Part shown: positions 11,661 through 23,600 of the stretch, one piece after another | Numbering within the stretch: the stretch's first letter is position 1 | How the letters are laid out: the number at the start of each line of letters is the position of its first letter | Assembly: GCF_001447785.1 (NCBI RefSeq) | Contig: NW_015177030.1 | Coordinates: 613,082-677,081 of the forward strand | Source of the DNA: Gekko japonicus | Taxonomy: Eukaryota | Direction: 5' to 3' | Length of the DNA: 64,000 bases | The notes under the pieces: generated by a model | What the model was told of the DNA's origin: nothing | The model's input: the letters and a program-made list of their open reading frames with translations, nothing else | Databases searched by the model: none | Translations under genes and position numbers: made by a program

Positions 11661-11742
11661 AGGCCTCTCCAGCCCAAAGGAGGGCTGATTCCACGGATCT
11701 CTGGAGGCACAGGGACTGGCAGGGGCTTAGGCGGGCCACCCC

Positions 11743-12843
11743 ATGGGCGTGGGGGGCAAGATGCCCCTGTGGGCCCACAAGCCCCGGGCCTTGCTGCTGC
11801 GCTCCAGTGAAGTGCCTCCTAGTGTGACGGAGAGCTTCATCCTGAGTGGCTACCGCTGCCCGGGCTACACCTTTGCCCAGTGCCTGGTCTCGGCCTTCCA
11901 GCCCACCAACGAGACGGGCAACTTCTGGACCCACTTCCTGGCCGTCTTCGTCTTTGCTTTCCACTTCCTGGAGCAGTTCTGGAGCGAAGGCCCTGGCCCG
12001 AGGGAGCTGCTGGACCCTTTCTATTACCCACTCTGGAACTACTTCCTGGGCGTCTGCGGCCTCCTGGTTGCCAGCAGCATGGCGCACCTCTTCAACTCCA
12101 TGTCCCTGGTCATTCGGGAGATCTGCTTCTACATCGACTACGGGACCATCAGCGCCTACACGGTGGGCTCCTCCTTGGCCTATTTCTACTACATCCATCC
12201 GCGAGGACCCCCAGTGGCAACAGACGGTGCCACTAATCTCTCCTCCAGCCCTTGGCCAGGCGGCGAGTGCGTTGGCTGGCTTTCTGCGTTGATGGGCCGA
12301 ATGGGCACCTGGTTTGAGGCCTTGTATGTGCCCACGGCTTGCCTCATCGCCCTCTTCTGTACATTGGCCTGTTGCAGCACCCGCCACCAGTGGCAGCAGT
12401 ACCGCTACCTGATCCGCACGCTGGTTTTCTTGCTGCCTTTTGTGGTGGTCTCCATCCCAGTCTTCCACAAGATGTGGGCTGGTGGAGGCCAAGGGACCAG
12501 CCGCTTCTTCCTCCGCCACTGTTTCTGGCTGCTGGCCTCGGGGATCTTCAACGTCAGCAAGATCCCCGAGCGCTTCAGCCCTGGGAAATTTGACATCTGG
12601 GGCCACAGCCATCAGTGGTTCCACTGCTGCACCTTCATGAGCATCTTGGACGAACTCTACATGATTCGAGGGGAGATCCAGGAGCTGGGCATGGGGCCCC
12701 CACTGCTGCCCAGGGTGCCCACCTTCCTCTCCACCTTCGGAGTGATGCTGCTCTTGCTCCTGCTTCTGGCCAGCATTGTGGGCTGGTTTGGGGTCAGAGC
12801 CTACGCCAGGCAGCAGCACAGCAAGCTGAGGAAAGGGGACTGA
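11743..12843 (+). CDS. PAQR-family 7TM protein, PAQR9 (mPR-epsilon)-like, 366 aa, single coding exon
   Basis: Intact PAQR/CREST motifs: EVP..FILSGYR..PTNETGNFWTH, SSMAH, YIDY, FNVSKIPERFSPGKFDIWGHSHQWFH; multiple hydrophobic segments; in-frame stop upstream at 11686-11688; GC3-rich codon usage. Confidence 0.92.
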   Translation: MGVGGKMPLWAHKPRALLLRSSEVPPSVTESFILSGYRCPGYTFAQCLVSAFQPTNETGNFWTHFLAVFVFAFHFLEQFWSEGPGPRELLDPFYYPLWNYFLGVCGLLVASSMAHLFNSMSLVIREICFYIDYGTISAYTVGSSLAYFYYIHPRGPPVATDGATNLSSSPWPGGECVGWLSALMGRMGTWFEALYVPTACLIALFCTLACCSTRHQWQQYRYLIRTLVFLLPFVVVSIPVFHKMWAGGGQGTSRFFLRHCFWLLASGIFNVSKIPERFSPGKFDIWGHSHQWFHCCTFMSILDELYMIRGEIQELGMGPPLLPRVPTFLSTFGVMLLLLLLLASIVGWFGVRAYARQQHSKLRKGD

Positions 12844-12999
12844 CTCCTCCGGCGGCCTGATTTGCATGGGTGCTGCTGGGAGAGGCCCTGGGGACGGCGA
12901 GGACAGGGATCTTCGAAAGCCTGCCGTTTACAACTCACACCCTGGATTTGACTCTGGAGTGGGGGGGCGCTGAAGGGTGTATGAAATGCATAAGGAAGA

Positions 13000-13005
13000 A
13001 ATAAA
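13000..13005 (+). terminator. Candidate polyadenylation signal of the PAQR9-like gene
   Basis: AATAAA about 157 nt after the stop codon. Confidence 0.45.
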
Positions 13006-14539
13006 TGAGGAGCTGACTTGAAGTAAGCAGGGGCTTTTGGGGGTGTCCTGCTCCCCCCGTCTATTGGATGGAGCCGGGTACTACGTGATGATGGCTGGCA
13101 GTCAGCCAGGACCTCTGCGTCCCTCTGCAAATACTGCTCCAACAGGAAGTGGGAGGAGAGACAGAGATTGGATTCCAGGGATGATTTTCCAGCATGCAAA
13201 TCTGTGGCCCTGAGTGGGGAAAGCGATCGGGCTACATTTCCATTTGGGTTTGGTAGGCACGCCATAAGTTAGTGGAGGAGAGAAGGTTCCCCTTAGGAGC
13301 CAGGACGCAGAGCTTTCCAGGGAGGGCCAGGGGGTCAAGCAAGTGTGACAGCGGGAAGGGGGGATGCTCCGTCACAGCACTTCCCGTGGGGTTCGGCCTG
13401 AGCGCCCAAGCCCAAATCCTGCAGGGACTTTTGGGAGGCTGAGAGACTGGGGATCCCCCCCAGGCTTGGCAGTGGAGTTTGGAACTGTGGTCCTGTTCTC
13501 TCCACACACCCCACCGTCCTGCTTCCCTTCCCCTTCATTTTAGACAGCATCTTTTAAAAAAAGCAAAAACCAACCCAAGGTCTTCTGACAAAGTCACCCT
13601 CTCCTCCTGGCCTGGTTCTCCTACAATTCCCAGGGGCTCACAGAACAGTTTTTAATTCTTCCTAAATATATACATGCACACATGGCGTTGTTGTGCTTAA
13701 TGCACAAAAATAGGGGGTGGGGGAGGGGAGGAAGCCGCAGTAAAAATAGCCCGAGTGGAAACTTGTGCTGCCTGTTCAGCGGCTGATGGCTGCCCTGCCC
13801 CACCAAAGGGTGAAAAGAAGGGTGACTGGCCCCTTCCCTGGCCCTTCGGCCAGAAGGACATCTCCCCTCCCCTCCCCCAGAGAGGAATTGAGGTCAGCGC
13901 TCTGCTGTGCTGGGTGACAGCTGCTGCCGGAGGTGGGGGGGGGGACAAGCAGGCAGGGCGGACCCGGATCATCCCTTGCTGCTCTCCGGCTGCAGAGGGG
14001 GTGGGAGGTGGGGACAGGAGGGCCAGCATCCCCACTCCCTCCGTGCCATCCTTCCCTCTGGGATACTTCAGGTACCAGAGCTTGGTTTCTGAGAAGTGGA
14101 GGACCAGGGCTCCACTAGCAAGTGTCTTTCCCTGGCAGAGATGTGCAGTAATAAGGATGCCTTTGAGCATGTGTGGAGTGCCTTTGGGGGCTTGTGGGTC
14201 GATGGGGCAGGTCCTTAACTGCTGCCGCCTGGCACTTCCCAGAAGGGCTGCCCTGCTCTTGCATCCAGCCCCTCCCCTCTTTTTTTAAAAAAGGCCAAGG
14301 CGATAAGCACTTTTGACTTCTTCCGGGGCCAAATAACTGTTGGATTCTCTGGACTAGTACTGCCACGGAACCACGACGAGGAAAGTAGCAGGGTGCTCAG
14401 GGCGTAAACACAGCAACGTGGGCCTAGGTGTGGCTACAGACTTCCAGCAATACCCAGGCAGGCTGAGCTGGGGCATCAAGGGGTGGGGTTGTCCCATCTG
14501 TCTAAGGAACACTGGCTCCCCTAACTCTCCAGTGCTTTT

Positions 14540-16865
14540 GGACTCAGAACGTGGCACCGCCTGGGAACAGTGACCACAATGCTGTTGAGTTCAACATTTG
14601 TATAAATAGGGAATTGGCCAAAAAGACTGACACAGCCACTTTTAACTTTAAAAGGGGTAACTTCTCTGATATGAGGGGACATGTGAGGAGGAAACTGAAA
14701 GGAAAAGTAGAAAGGGTCAAAACAATTGGGGAAGCTTGGAGACTAAAACTATAATCCTAGAAGCTCAGAAAAAATATATACCGCAGGTTAGGAAAGGCAC
14801 AGATAGGTATAGAAAAAAGCCTGCATGGTTAACAACAAAGTAATGGAAGCTGTAAAAGGTAAAAAGGATTCCTTTAAGCAGTGGAAAGCTAGTCTCAGTG
14901 AGGCTGATAAAAGGGAACACAGGCTGTGACAAATAAAATGCAAGTCTGTGATCAGGCAGGCAAAAAGGGAATATGAGGAACATATAGTGAAAAACAGACA
15001 GACCAACCATAAAACTTTCTTCAAATACATTAGAAGCAGGAAACCAGCCAGGGAGGCAGTAGTAGAAGAAGAAGAGATTGGAAAAAAAAAGGTGCAAGTG
15101 GAGGAGTGGGGAATCAAACCCGGTTCTCCCAGATTAGAGTCCGCGCACACTACACCAAACATCCAAGTGGGGCCCTTGGATGACCAAGGGGTAAAAGGAG
15201 TACTGAAGGATGATAGGGAAATGGCTGAATGCACTGTGGAAGATGAGAAGTGCTTGCCCATTCCAGAACCACTGATTTCAGGAGGGGTGTTGAAAGACCT
15301 AAGTCAGATTGAGGTGACGAGAGAGGAGGTCCTACGACTGACAGACAGCTTAAAAACTGATAAATCACCAGGCCCAGATGGCATACATCCGAGAGTTCTG
15401 AAAGAACTTAAATGTGAACTTGTGGATCTCCTGACAAAAATATGTCATCTTTCATTAAAATCTGCCTCCATTCCTGAGGACTGGAAGGTACCTAATGTCA
15501 CTCCCATCTTTAAAAAGGGTTCCAGAGGAGATCCGGGAAATTACAGGCTAGTCAGTCTGACATCGATACTGGGTAAATTGGTGGAAACTGACTCAGCATG
15601 GGTTCTGTAAGGGAAGATCTTGTCTCACTAACCTGTTAGTGTTCTTTGAGGGGGTGAACAAACATGAATAAAAAACTGGCTAATTAATAGAATATAGAGA
15701 GTGAGTATAAATGGGAAATTTTCTCAGTGGAAGGTGGTAAGCAGTGGGGTACCGCAGGGATCAGTACTCTTTCCGATGCTTTTTAACTTGTTCATTAATG
15801 ATTTGGAGTTGGGAGTAAGCAGTGAAGTGGCTAAATTTGCGGATGATATGAAGTTGTTCAGGGTGGTGAAAACCAGAGAGGATTGTGAGGCACTCCAAAG
15901 GGATCTGTCGAGGATGGGCGAGTGGGCATCAACATGGCAAATGGGGTTCAATGTGGCCAAATGCAAGGTGATGCACATCGGAGCCAAAAATCCTAACTAT
16001 AAATACATGTTGATGGGGTCTGAACTGGCAGAGACTGACCAAGAGAGAGATCTTGGAGTCGTAGTAAATAACTCACTGAAAATGTCGAGACAGTGTGCAA
16101 CTGCAATAAAAAAGGCCAATGCTATGCTGGGGATTATTAGGAAGGGTATTGAAAACAGATCAGCCAATATCATAATGCCCCTATATAAATCAATGGTGCG
16201 ACCTCATTTAGAATACAGTGTACAGTTCTGGTCACCACACCTTAAAAAAGATATTATAGCATTGGAAAAAGTGCAGAAAAGGGCAGCTCGAATGGTAGAA
16301 GGGTTGGAACACTTTCCCTATGAAGAAAAGTTAATGCGTTTGGGGCTCTTTAGCTTGGAGAAATGACAGCTGAGGGATGACGTGATCGAGATTGATAAGA
16401 TTATGTGTGGGATAGAGCAGGTAGAGAAAGAAGTTCTTTTCTCCCTTTCTCACAATACAAGAACTCGTGGGCACTCCATGAAATTGCTGAGCGGTTGGGT
16501 TAGAACAGATAAAGGGAAGTCCTTCTTCACCCAAAGAGTGATTAACACATGGAATTCACTGCCACAGGAGGTGGTGGCGGCTACAAGCATGGACGGCTTC
16601 AAGAGGGAATTAGCTAAGCATATGGAGCAGAGGTCCATCAGTGGCTATTAGCCACAAGGTATGGATAGGGACTCTGGGGCAGGTGATGCTCTGTATTCTT
16701 GGTGCTTGGGGGGGGGTCAACAGTGGGAGGGCTTCTGGAGTTCTGGCCCCACTGGTGGACCTCCTGATGGCACCTGGTATTTCTGGCCACTGTGTGATAC
16801 AGAGTGTTGAACTGGATGGGCCTTTGGCCTGATCCAACATTGGCTTCTCTGATGTTCTTATGTTC
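14540..16865 (+). mobile_element. CR1 LINE, 5'-truncated with internal deletions (ORF2 EN end / RT plus 3' UTR)
   Basis: LGNSDHN-like EN end, KSPGPDGIHPRVLKEL, SGVPQGSVL, KFADD, RPHLEYSVQFWSP; 3' end TGATCCAACA..TGTTCTTATGTTCT. Confidence 0.95.
15063..15165 (-). mobile_element. Internally deleted Squam3-like SINE nested in the CR1
   Basis: GAAGAAGAAGAGATTGG tail joined to GGAGGAGTGGGGAATCAAACCCGGTTCTCCCAGATTAGAGTCC; interrupts CR1 AREAV|GPLDDQG. Confidence 0.75.
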
Positions 16866-18879
16866 TACTGTGGTGCTTCTGCACATGTCCAAGATATGGT
16901 TCTCATTATTTCCCAGGGCAAAGCCAAGCTGAAGAAGCTGCCTGGCACAAAACAAGCTCTTCTTGATTCATTGCTCAGACCAGATGCTTCTTGCTGGGAG
17001 GTAGGGTCAAAAATCTGCTGGGGTAGGATGGCTCCTGGGAGCCATGACGACCCTTCCCCCCGTCTTCCTGTGGGTCCCAAGAAAGAATCAGGGGCTGCAG
17101 CTTCCTGCTTATGGATGTCCTCTTCTTCCAGCTCAGATCCTGACTCCTGTGCCCATCCTGGCGCCCCAGAGCCTCCTTCACCTCTCCTCTCCCCTGGGGA
17201 CCTGGTTTCTCCGGCAAGGGATTGTTTGTGCTTCTGAGTCCAAACACTGGCCTGGAGGGATTTCTGAATGCACGAGCGCACACACACACACACACAAACG
17301 GCTGCTGATTCTTTTCCCGTTGTACCTGAGCACTCCATTGGGGCATTTCTGATTGGACCTAAGAAGATCCACGGAGAAAGGAAATATCTTGCATCTTGAG
17401 GAGTTGCCCGTGTTGTACCACAGGAAAATCTGATACTCCGCAGGTGAACATCTTAGTGCGAGTAAGGTCCATTCTGTGTATGGTCAGTTTTCTGTATGTT
17501 ATCGTTAAATTAATGGAGTGCTCAGTTTGACTTATACCTCTGAAGAAGGCCAGGTGCAGAAACGCGTTTGATATTGGTCCTTGCATATGGAGATAACGTG
17601 TATTTATATTTAAAATAGGAGTCGTCCCCCCCATCCCTCTTTTCCCCGCCATGGATGAAGGCTCCTTTCGTCACACCTTTGATGAAGGGAACTCTGCCTC
17701 ATGGCAGCTTGTACGGGAATATCTTTAAGGTGCTGTCTGCTTATTAAAGGAGGCTCTTTAATTAATGGTTACGTGTGTGTGTAAGAAAAGAAAAACATTC
17801 ACACAAAAACCAAGGGCAATCCAGTAAAGCACACAGTAGGTCAGGGAAGAAGGAAAGAAAGCCCATCTTGTGGAACTCATTGCCACAGGCTCTTAGCAGA
17901 ACCGGACCTTTACAAAAGGATTAGACCAATCTGTCTATCAGCCATGATAGCCAGAAAAACCACCTTCCTGTTCCAAGACAGTGCACCTCCAGTCGCTGCA
18001 AATCGATAGAGGGACAGGTAGAAACGTACGGACCTGCCTTATACGGAGGCAGATTCCTGAGCCACCTTCCTGACGATGGTCTTGTCTGACTGGCAGAAGG
18101 GCTCTGGCAGAGAGAGAGAGACCTTCCGCAGTCCCTGCTGGCATCACACTAGGGGCCTTGTGCACGCCATGCACCAGCCCGGGCCCCTCCCCTAAATTGA
18201 GTCTGCAGGGCTATCCTATTGGGCATCTACCTGGCTTCTCCTGTGGACTCTGACTCCCAGTGGCAGGGTACCTGCCTGCTTCCCGGATGCCGGCTCAGCC
18301 ATGCCCAGCCTGCGCATGGGCCTCCTTCTCAAGGCGGGCTGAGCGAAGAGAGAGTTAGCCTAGGGCAGGTGAACCTGGCCATGAACTTTCCTAGAAGTCC
18401 TTGAACTCCCAGAGTAGGCAAGGCCAAGCCAGGCCCTTCATTCTCCTGGGGAGCACAGAGCGACTGTGCTGACTGGTGGGGCCAGAGACAGGAGGAGGAG
18501 GAGGAAACTGACCATGCCTGGATGAGGGGTGCATTTGGGCGAAAGTGAAACCCAGACGCCTGTGGGAGAAAAGCAGGCACCTGTCCAGGGAAACTGGCAG
18601 CCTCTGAAAGGTGAGCTGGGGACCAGGAGTGGGGAGTCCTGCTCTCCGGAGGCGTGCAGGGGGCTCAGAGCCCTTCTCCCAGGACAAGTCCCTTACATGC
18701 CTAGGTGGGTCGATCTAGCCCAGTGTCTTGTTTCCCACAGCAGCCCACCAGATTCCTCTGGGAAGCATACAACTGGGCGAGGCAGGCAGGTGCACCCTCT
18801 CTGGACATGGAGGATCTATTGGGCCATCATGGCCAGGATCCTTTGACAGACCTCTCCTCTTGAAAGACCTCTCCTGTCC

Positions 18880-19062
18880 TTGAAAAAGAGCAGTTTCTGT
18901 CAAGAGCTCTCTCAGCCCCGCCTCCCTCACAGGGTGTCTGCCTGTTGTGGGGAGGGGAAGGGGAAGGAGTTTGTCAGCCGCTCTGAGACTCCCTTGGGTA
19001 GTGAAGGGCCATGGGGTATAGATCCAGCCTCTCTTTCTTCTCTTCTCTTCCTCCTCCTCCTC
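18880..19062 (+). mobile_element. Squam3-like SINE, 3' half
   Basis: GAGCTCTCTCAGCCCC..CACAGGGTGTCTG..GAGACTCC..CTT-rich tail. Confidence 0.75.
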
Positions 19063-19789
19063 CATGAGCCTGTCTAGTGCCCTTTTAAAGCCATCTAAGG
19101 TAGCAGTTAGGAGGACTACGCCTTGTGGCAGTGAATTCCTCAGGTTAATTACTTTCAGGGAAGAAGTGTTGCCTCTGATCAGCCCTGAAGCTGCCTCCCC
19201 ATCCATGTCACTGGGTGCCTGATCTCCCTTCAGTCCACCCTCTTTCTCTCTCCCTGTCCCCCCCCCCCCCGAACGCTGGGAACATTGAACCAGCAAAGCT
19301 GCTGGCTACCCAGAAGCACCTGCCAGGGTCCTTGGGCACTGGGCAGACTTAGTCCTGGGATCAGAGGGCAGTTCTCGCAGGGCCTTTGTCCTCCCCACTA
19401 CAGACGTGGCATGGCAGGCCCTTTAAGCTGAGAAAGCACGTTTGGAGCTGTTGCTGAGGAGATGAGCAGTGCCCCCAACACTGACACGCCCCCTGGCCCT
19501 TAAACCTCTGCGGGGTGGGTGGGTGAAAGGCTGCTTTCTTTCGTTTTCTATCCTGCCTTTCTCCCCAGTGAGGACCAGACACAGCTCGCACCCTTCTATC
19601 CTCCCAACAATCCTGTGAGGTAGGATGGGCTAAGACCGGCACCAGCCAGCCTCCAGGGCAGAGTAGGGGATTCGAACCCGGGTCCTCCCAAACCCTTGTC
19701 TGACATTCTGACCAGCAATCACTGGGGGAGGGGGCAGGAAGAGAGAAGCAGACTGCCACCAGCATTCTCCCGTTAATAATTGATTGGCT

Positions 19790-19955
19790 GGAGAGCTGGA
19801 TTCAAGCCCTGGAGCACCTCAGAGACCAGGGAGAGTTTTGGAGGAGAAGCTTCCGAGAATCAAGGCTCCCTTCTTCGTCAGACTCTCAAAGGCTCCTGCC
19901 CACCAAAAATCCTGTTGGGCTCTCAAGTGCTCCTGGACTTGCATCCAGCTGTCTG
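19790..19955. mobile_element. Penelope pLTR-derived inverted-repeat remnant
   Basis: Left arm reverse-complements the right arm (GTGCTCC.GG.CTTG.ATCCAGCT); CTGACGA on - at 19875-19881. Confidence 0.5.
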
Positions 19956-20188
19956 TCGCACAGCAGCCCGTGGCTTTGGCTGCCCTCTGAGGCTGACTGA
20001 CTAGAGGGACTCCAGAGAAGGTGTGCCAGAGATAGGGGGGCAGGAAGGGGAGGCCTGGTGCCAGCCACACGGTCGCTGGAGGGGCACCCCTCACCAAACA
20101 CTCCCTGTCCTTCTGATGGCCCCGTAGGGCTGTTTGTCACTTACCCCTGCATGGTCCAGTGGAAGCGGCATTAGATCTGTGCTTGTAG

Positions 20189-20198
20189 TTTATTTATT
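20189..20198 (-). terminator. FBXO24 polyadenylation signal (overlapping AATAAATAAA)
   Basis: TTTATTTATT on +, about 107 nt past the FBXO24 stop. Confidence 0.7.
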
Positions 20199-20304
20199 CC
20201 CAATTGTTCAGTCTGAAGTCTTCTCTATCTCTTAATCATGATCCATGATGTGTACAGGGGTGGGTAACGGGGACGGGAGGAATGGGGAGGCCACGGTCTG
20301 TGGG

Positions 20305-20634
20305 CTAGCTGGAAGGAGGGGAGCCTCGGAGTTCAGCTGCCCGCTGGATCATGTCCAGAGCCTCCCAGAAGAAGTCTTTCTGGAACGTCATGAGAGGCAT
20401 ACTGCCCACGGCTTCCTTCATCTTGGCCATGCGCCCCTCTAGCGTCCGGCACCTGTGCAGCTGGCTCAGGTACTCCTCACACGCCCGGGCGGCCATGGCC
20501 TCAGTGTCGCTGGGCAGCAGTCCTGCCTTGCTGGCCGGCAGCTCTCGGTAGGCAGGCACTTCCTCAATGTCGTGGGTGGACAGCATGTAGAGGCACTCGC
20601 GGGTGGAGCAGATGCGGCGGACACAGGGGGGCAC
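20305..20634 (-). CDS. FBXO24: FBXO24 last coding exon
   Basis: VPPCVRRICSTRECLYMLSTHDIE...CEEYLSQLH...QKDFFWEALDM; TAG stop. Confidence 0.95.
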   Translation of the reverse strand: MPPCVRRICSTRECLYMLSTHDIEEVPAYRELPASKAGLLPSDTEAMAARACEEYLSQLHRCRTLEGRMAKMKEAVGSMPLMTFQKDFFWEALDMIQRAAELRGSPPSS

Positions 20635-23600
20635 CTGCAGCAGGGGGGCGGCCAGGGTGAGACCAGCACGGGAGAGGCTCTGCGTGCCGGGAGGAGAAGG
20701 GCTTCTAGGGTTACGAGACACTCTCTTCAGCAGCGTGCAATCCACTGGGTCCCTTGGGCAACTCTGCATGTACCTGCGGGCTCTGCAAAAAGTGGGTGAC
20801 CCTTTTCCTTACTCAGTTTGGAGGAGTTTTTGTTTTATGCCAAATTATGTCATCTTTCTCCCATTCAATGGTGGGTAGAGAAAATATTTTGGAAAAATTG
20901 CAGGGAGGGGAGTGGGGGAGGGACTCAGTGATTGCCTCCACTTTCTGACCCATTAGAAGCCTCACTCAGACCGGCTGAAATGTCTTGGCCTGTACGGGAA
21001 AATGCTCTGCTTTTAACTTTGGAAAGTTGCTCTTTGGAGAAGCAGACAGACAAAAAGGAACAGCTGGCCGAGGGGGGGAGGGCAAAGCTCAGATTCTGAG
21101 GATTGCCCAGGAGTGCCGGACTTCCATACTGGGCGCTTCCATTGGCAAGGAGTCCCTGCTGCGCCAGGTTCCCAGCGGCCACCCTCCTGCCCCTGCCCTC
21201 CCCACAAGGGATTCCCCTCACCTTGATATGCAGCCGGACAAAAGAGGCATTGCCTTTTGGCCACCCAGGGAGGCGCCCTCCAGCGCCACAGCCGCAGCCC
21301 ATGAGGTCTTTCCCAAGGTCTCCGCTGTGGCTCAGCACCAGCGTGTGGTTGAGGCCACACCACAGGTCGATGGGGCACTTCAGGTAGTGCACCTGGATGG
21401 GAAGGGAACAGAAGGTGTCTGAGTAGGGCAGAGGGACTACTCTAGAGAAGGTGCATTTGGGAAGTCTCCTGCTACTAGCAGGGTTTAATCAGACTGAATG
21501 ACTCAAGACAGAATTGTGTTCCAACTCTCTATCTGATTTGCTGGCTTTAGGAGTATTCACCCCCCCCCCCCCCGTGGCTGCACAGCCCACAGAATGGGGC
21601 TGACTTGCCCCAAACCAGCATGAGCCCAAAATCCCACAGGTTGCGATGCTGTTGCAGGGAGCAAGGCTGACACTGGGCGATGGACAGGCCAGGCTCACCG
21701 GTCTTCTTGTCTCCCAGGACCACTGACCCCGTGGAAGAGGGAACGGGGACTGGGCAGTCTGCCGCTCCCCCTCAGCACCTCCCGCGGGCTGTGGGCTCTC
21801 CCCTCCCCCTGCACCTCACTTGGGTGATCTGCTCCCCGCCCCTCGCATCTCACCTGAGCAGGCTCCCCTCGGTCAATCTTGTCTCCTGTGCCAAGCTGGC
21901 CATAGCGGTTATTCCCTTGCATGAACATCCTCCCAAACTCATCCACTAGCCCCAGATGGTTGTAACCAAGGGCACAGGTGAGCACCTGGAGGTAAGCAGA
22001 GGTGGGGCAAAGGAAGGGCTGAGGGCTTGATTGGACTGCGGCAAGAGGCGTGAGGCATCCTGGGTCTTGGCCACCCGGCCTCACAGCCTGCTGCCGATGC
22101 CCAGCCTGGCTCCTAAAGAACGTCTGCCCATGTGCAGATTGCCGCTCCTCGGAGAAAAGGGGGAAGCGGTCAGGAGTCAGGACTATTAGGGGATGCCAGC
22201 CCTCCCAAACCTTCATTACAGAACTCGGACATGGAGGCCAGAGGGCCTGGTTTCTTTCTCTGCTGTGGCAGTGTTGGTGACCTACACCATGGCAAACATA
22301 CGGACTCCCTGGCTGCCCACTGCTTGCAATGGCTGTGGAGGCCAGAGTCCCCAGGTCCTCCTGAGGGTGGCTTGCCGCTGAGCCCCAGCAGCTGGAGGGC
22401 TCGAGGGCGGCAAGGACAGAAAGGGAAAGGAGACAGGCCGGCCGGCCAACTCTCCACTTCCTGGCACGGAAACCTCAGAGACCCGTCTTGTATACACTTC
22501 TTCCATTCATGCTACCCAAAGCTGGGGGGGTGCGTGTAGGGGGGGGGCACAGTCCCACTTTGTGTTACCTTCGCAGGAAGAGAGAGGGCCAGGGGCATCT
22601 GCTGATCCAGTGGGTCGAAAGCATGGAGGGTGCCAAAGAGGTCACGGTAAACACCGGGAGAGTGGACCTCGAAGTACACAGCCCCTTCATCTGCAGAGGG
22701 GAGAGAGGATCATGGCCGAACCATCTCAGCCGGCTCCCCCAGCGCAGAACGTCTGTGCCCGAGGCAAAACGGAAGGGGGCACCAACCAACTCGTGTGGAG
22801 GGCCCTCCATGCTTAGCATCAAGGTCAGGCTTCCAGGCCCCATTTTCAAAACTTCCCACCCCACGCTGCTGCACGGCCTCCCTCCTCTCCGCCTCCACCT
22901 GCGATTCCTCTCTGCCTCCGCCCACCCAGACCCTGCTGTCTCCTGCTCCCTCCTCCGTCACTGCACCTTGCATGAAACAGCCCCTCACTCCCTGCTCCTC
23001 AGGCTGCTTCTCCTCCTCCTCCTGCAAAGACCTTCCCTCCAGCAGCCGCTTTCCTAAACCTCCGGCTCCACCTGTGCTTTTCTCCCTCAGTGCCCACTGG
23101 CCATTTCTCAGCCCCCAATTTCCTCCTGCGATGGTGGCCACTTACGTTATGTACTTTACTTATATCCTGCTTTTCTCCCCACTGGGGACCCAAAGTGGTT
23201 CATGCAGACACCCTCCTTGCCTCTGTTCCATCCTCACAACCGCCCTATGAGGCAGATTAGGCTGTCGGTGTGTGCCTGGCCCAAGGTCCCCCCCGCCAGC
23301 TTCCATGGCAGTGTGGGGATCCAGTCCCGTGTCTCCCTGCCCCCCCCCCAGCACTTCAGCCACTACACCCAGGGCCGGCTCTGGCTGTGGACAATGCCAC
23401 TCTTAAGCGCTGTGTAGCATCTGCAGCTGAGTGACTGGGAATCAGCAGTGGCCGTGCTGTGGGCAAGACACACGACTGAGCGGTCTGCCTTTGGGCTGCG
23501 GGGCCTGGTCTTGCCAGCGGAGCAGCCAGTTACCTGTGAGGTAGAGCGCACTGCTTTGGTTGGAGTGCATGTGGCGGATGGAGACGTGGGGGAGGCACTT

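Noticed and set aside
11659-12867. 402-aa antisense ORF overlapping the PAQR9-like CDS
   Set aside because: Mirror-frame shadow of a GC3-rich coding sequence; no recognisable domain.
13660-13930. MEF2-like (TAAAAATAG) and E-box sites downstream of the PAQR9-like gene
   Set aside because: Imperfect short matches; cannot be supported without conservation data.
14948-15610. Open CR1-SINE chimeric ORF (220 aa)
   Set aside because: The SINE insert keeps frame by chance; surrounding CR1 ORF2 has stops and deletions, so no evidence of domestication.
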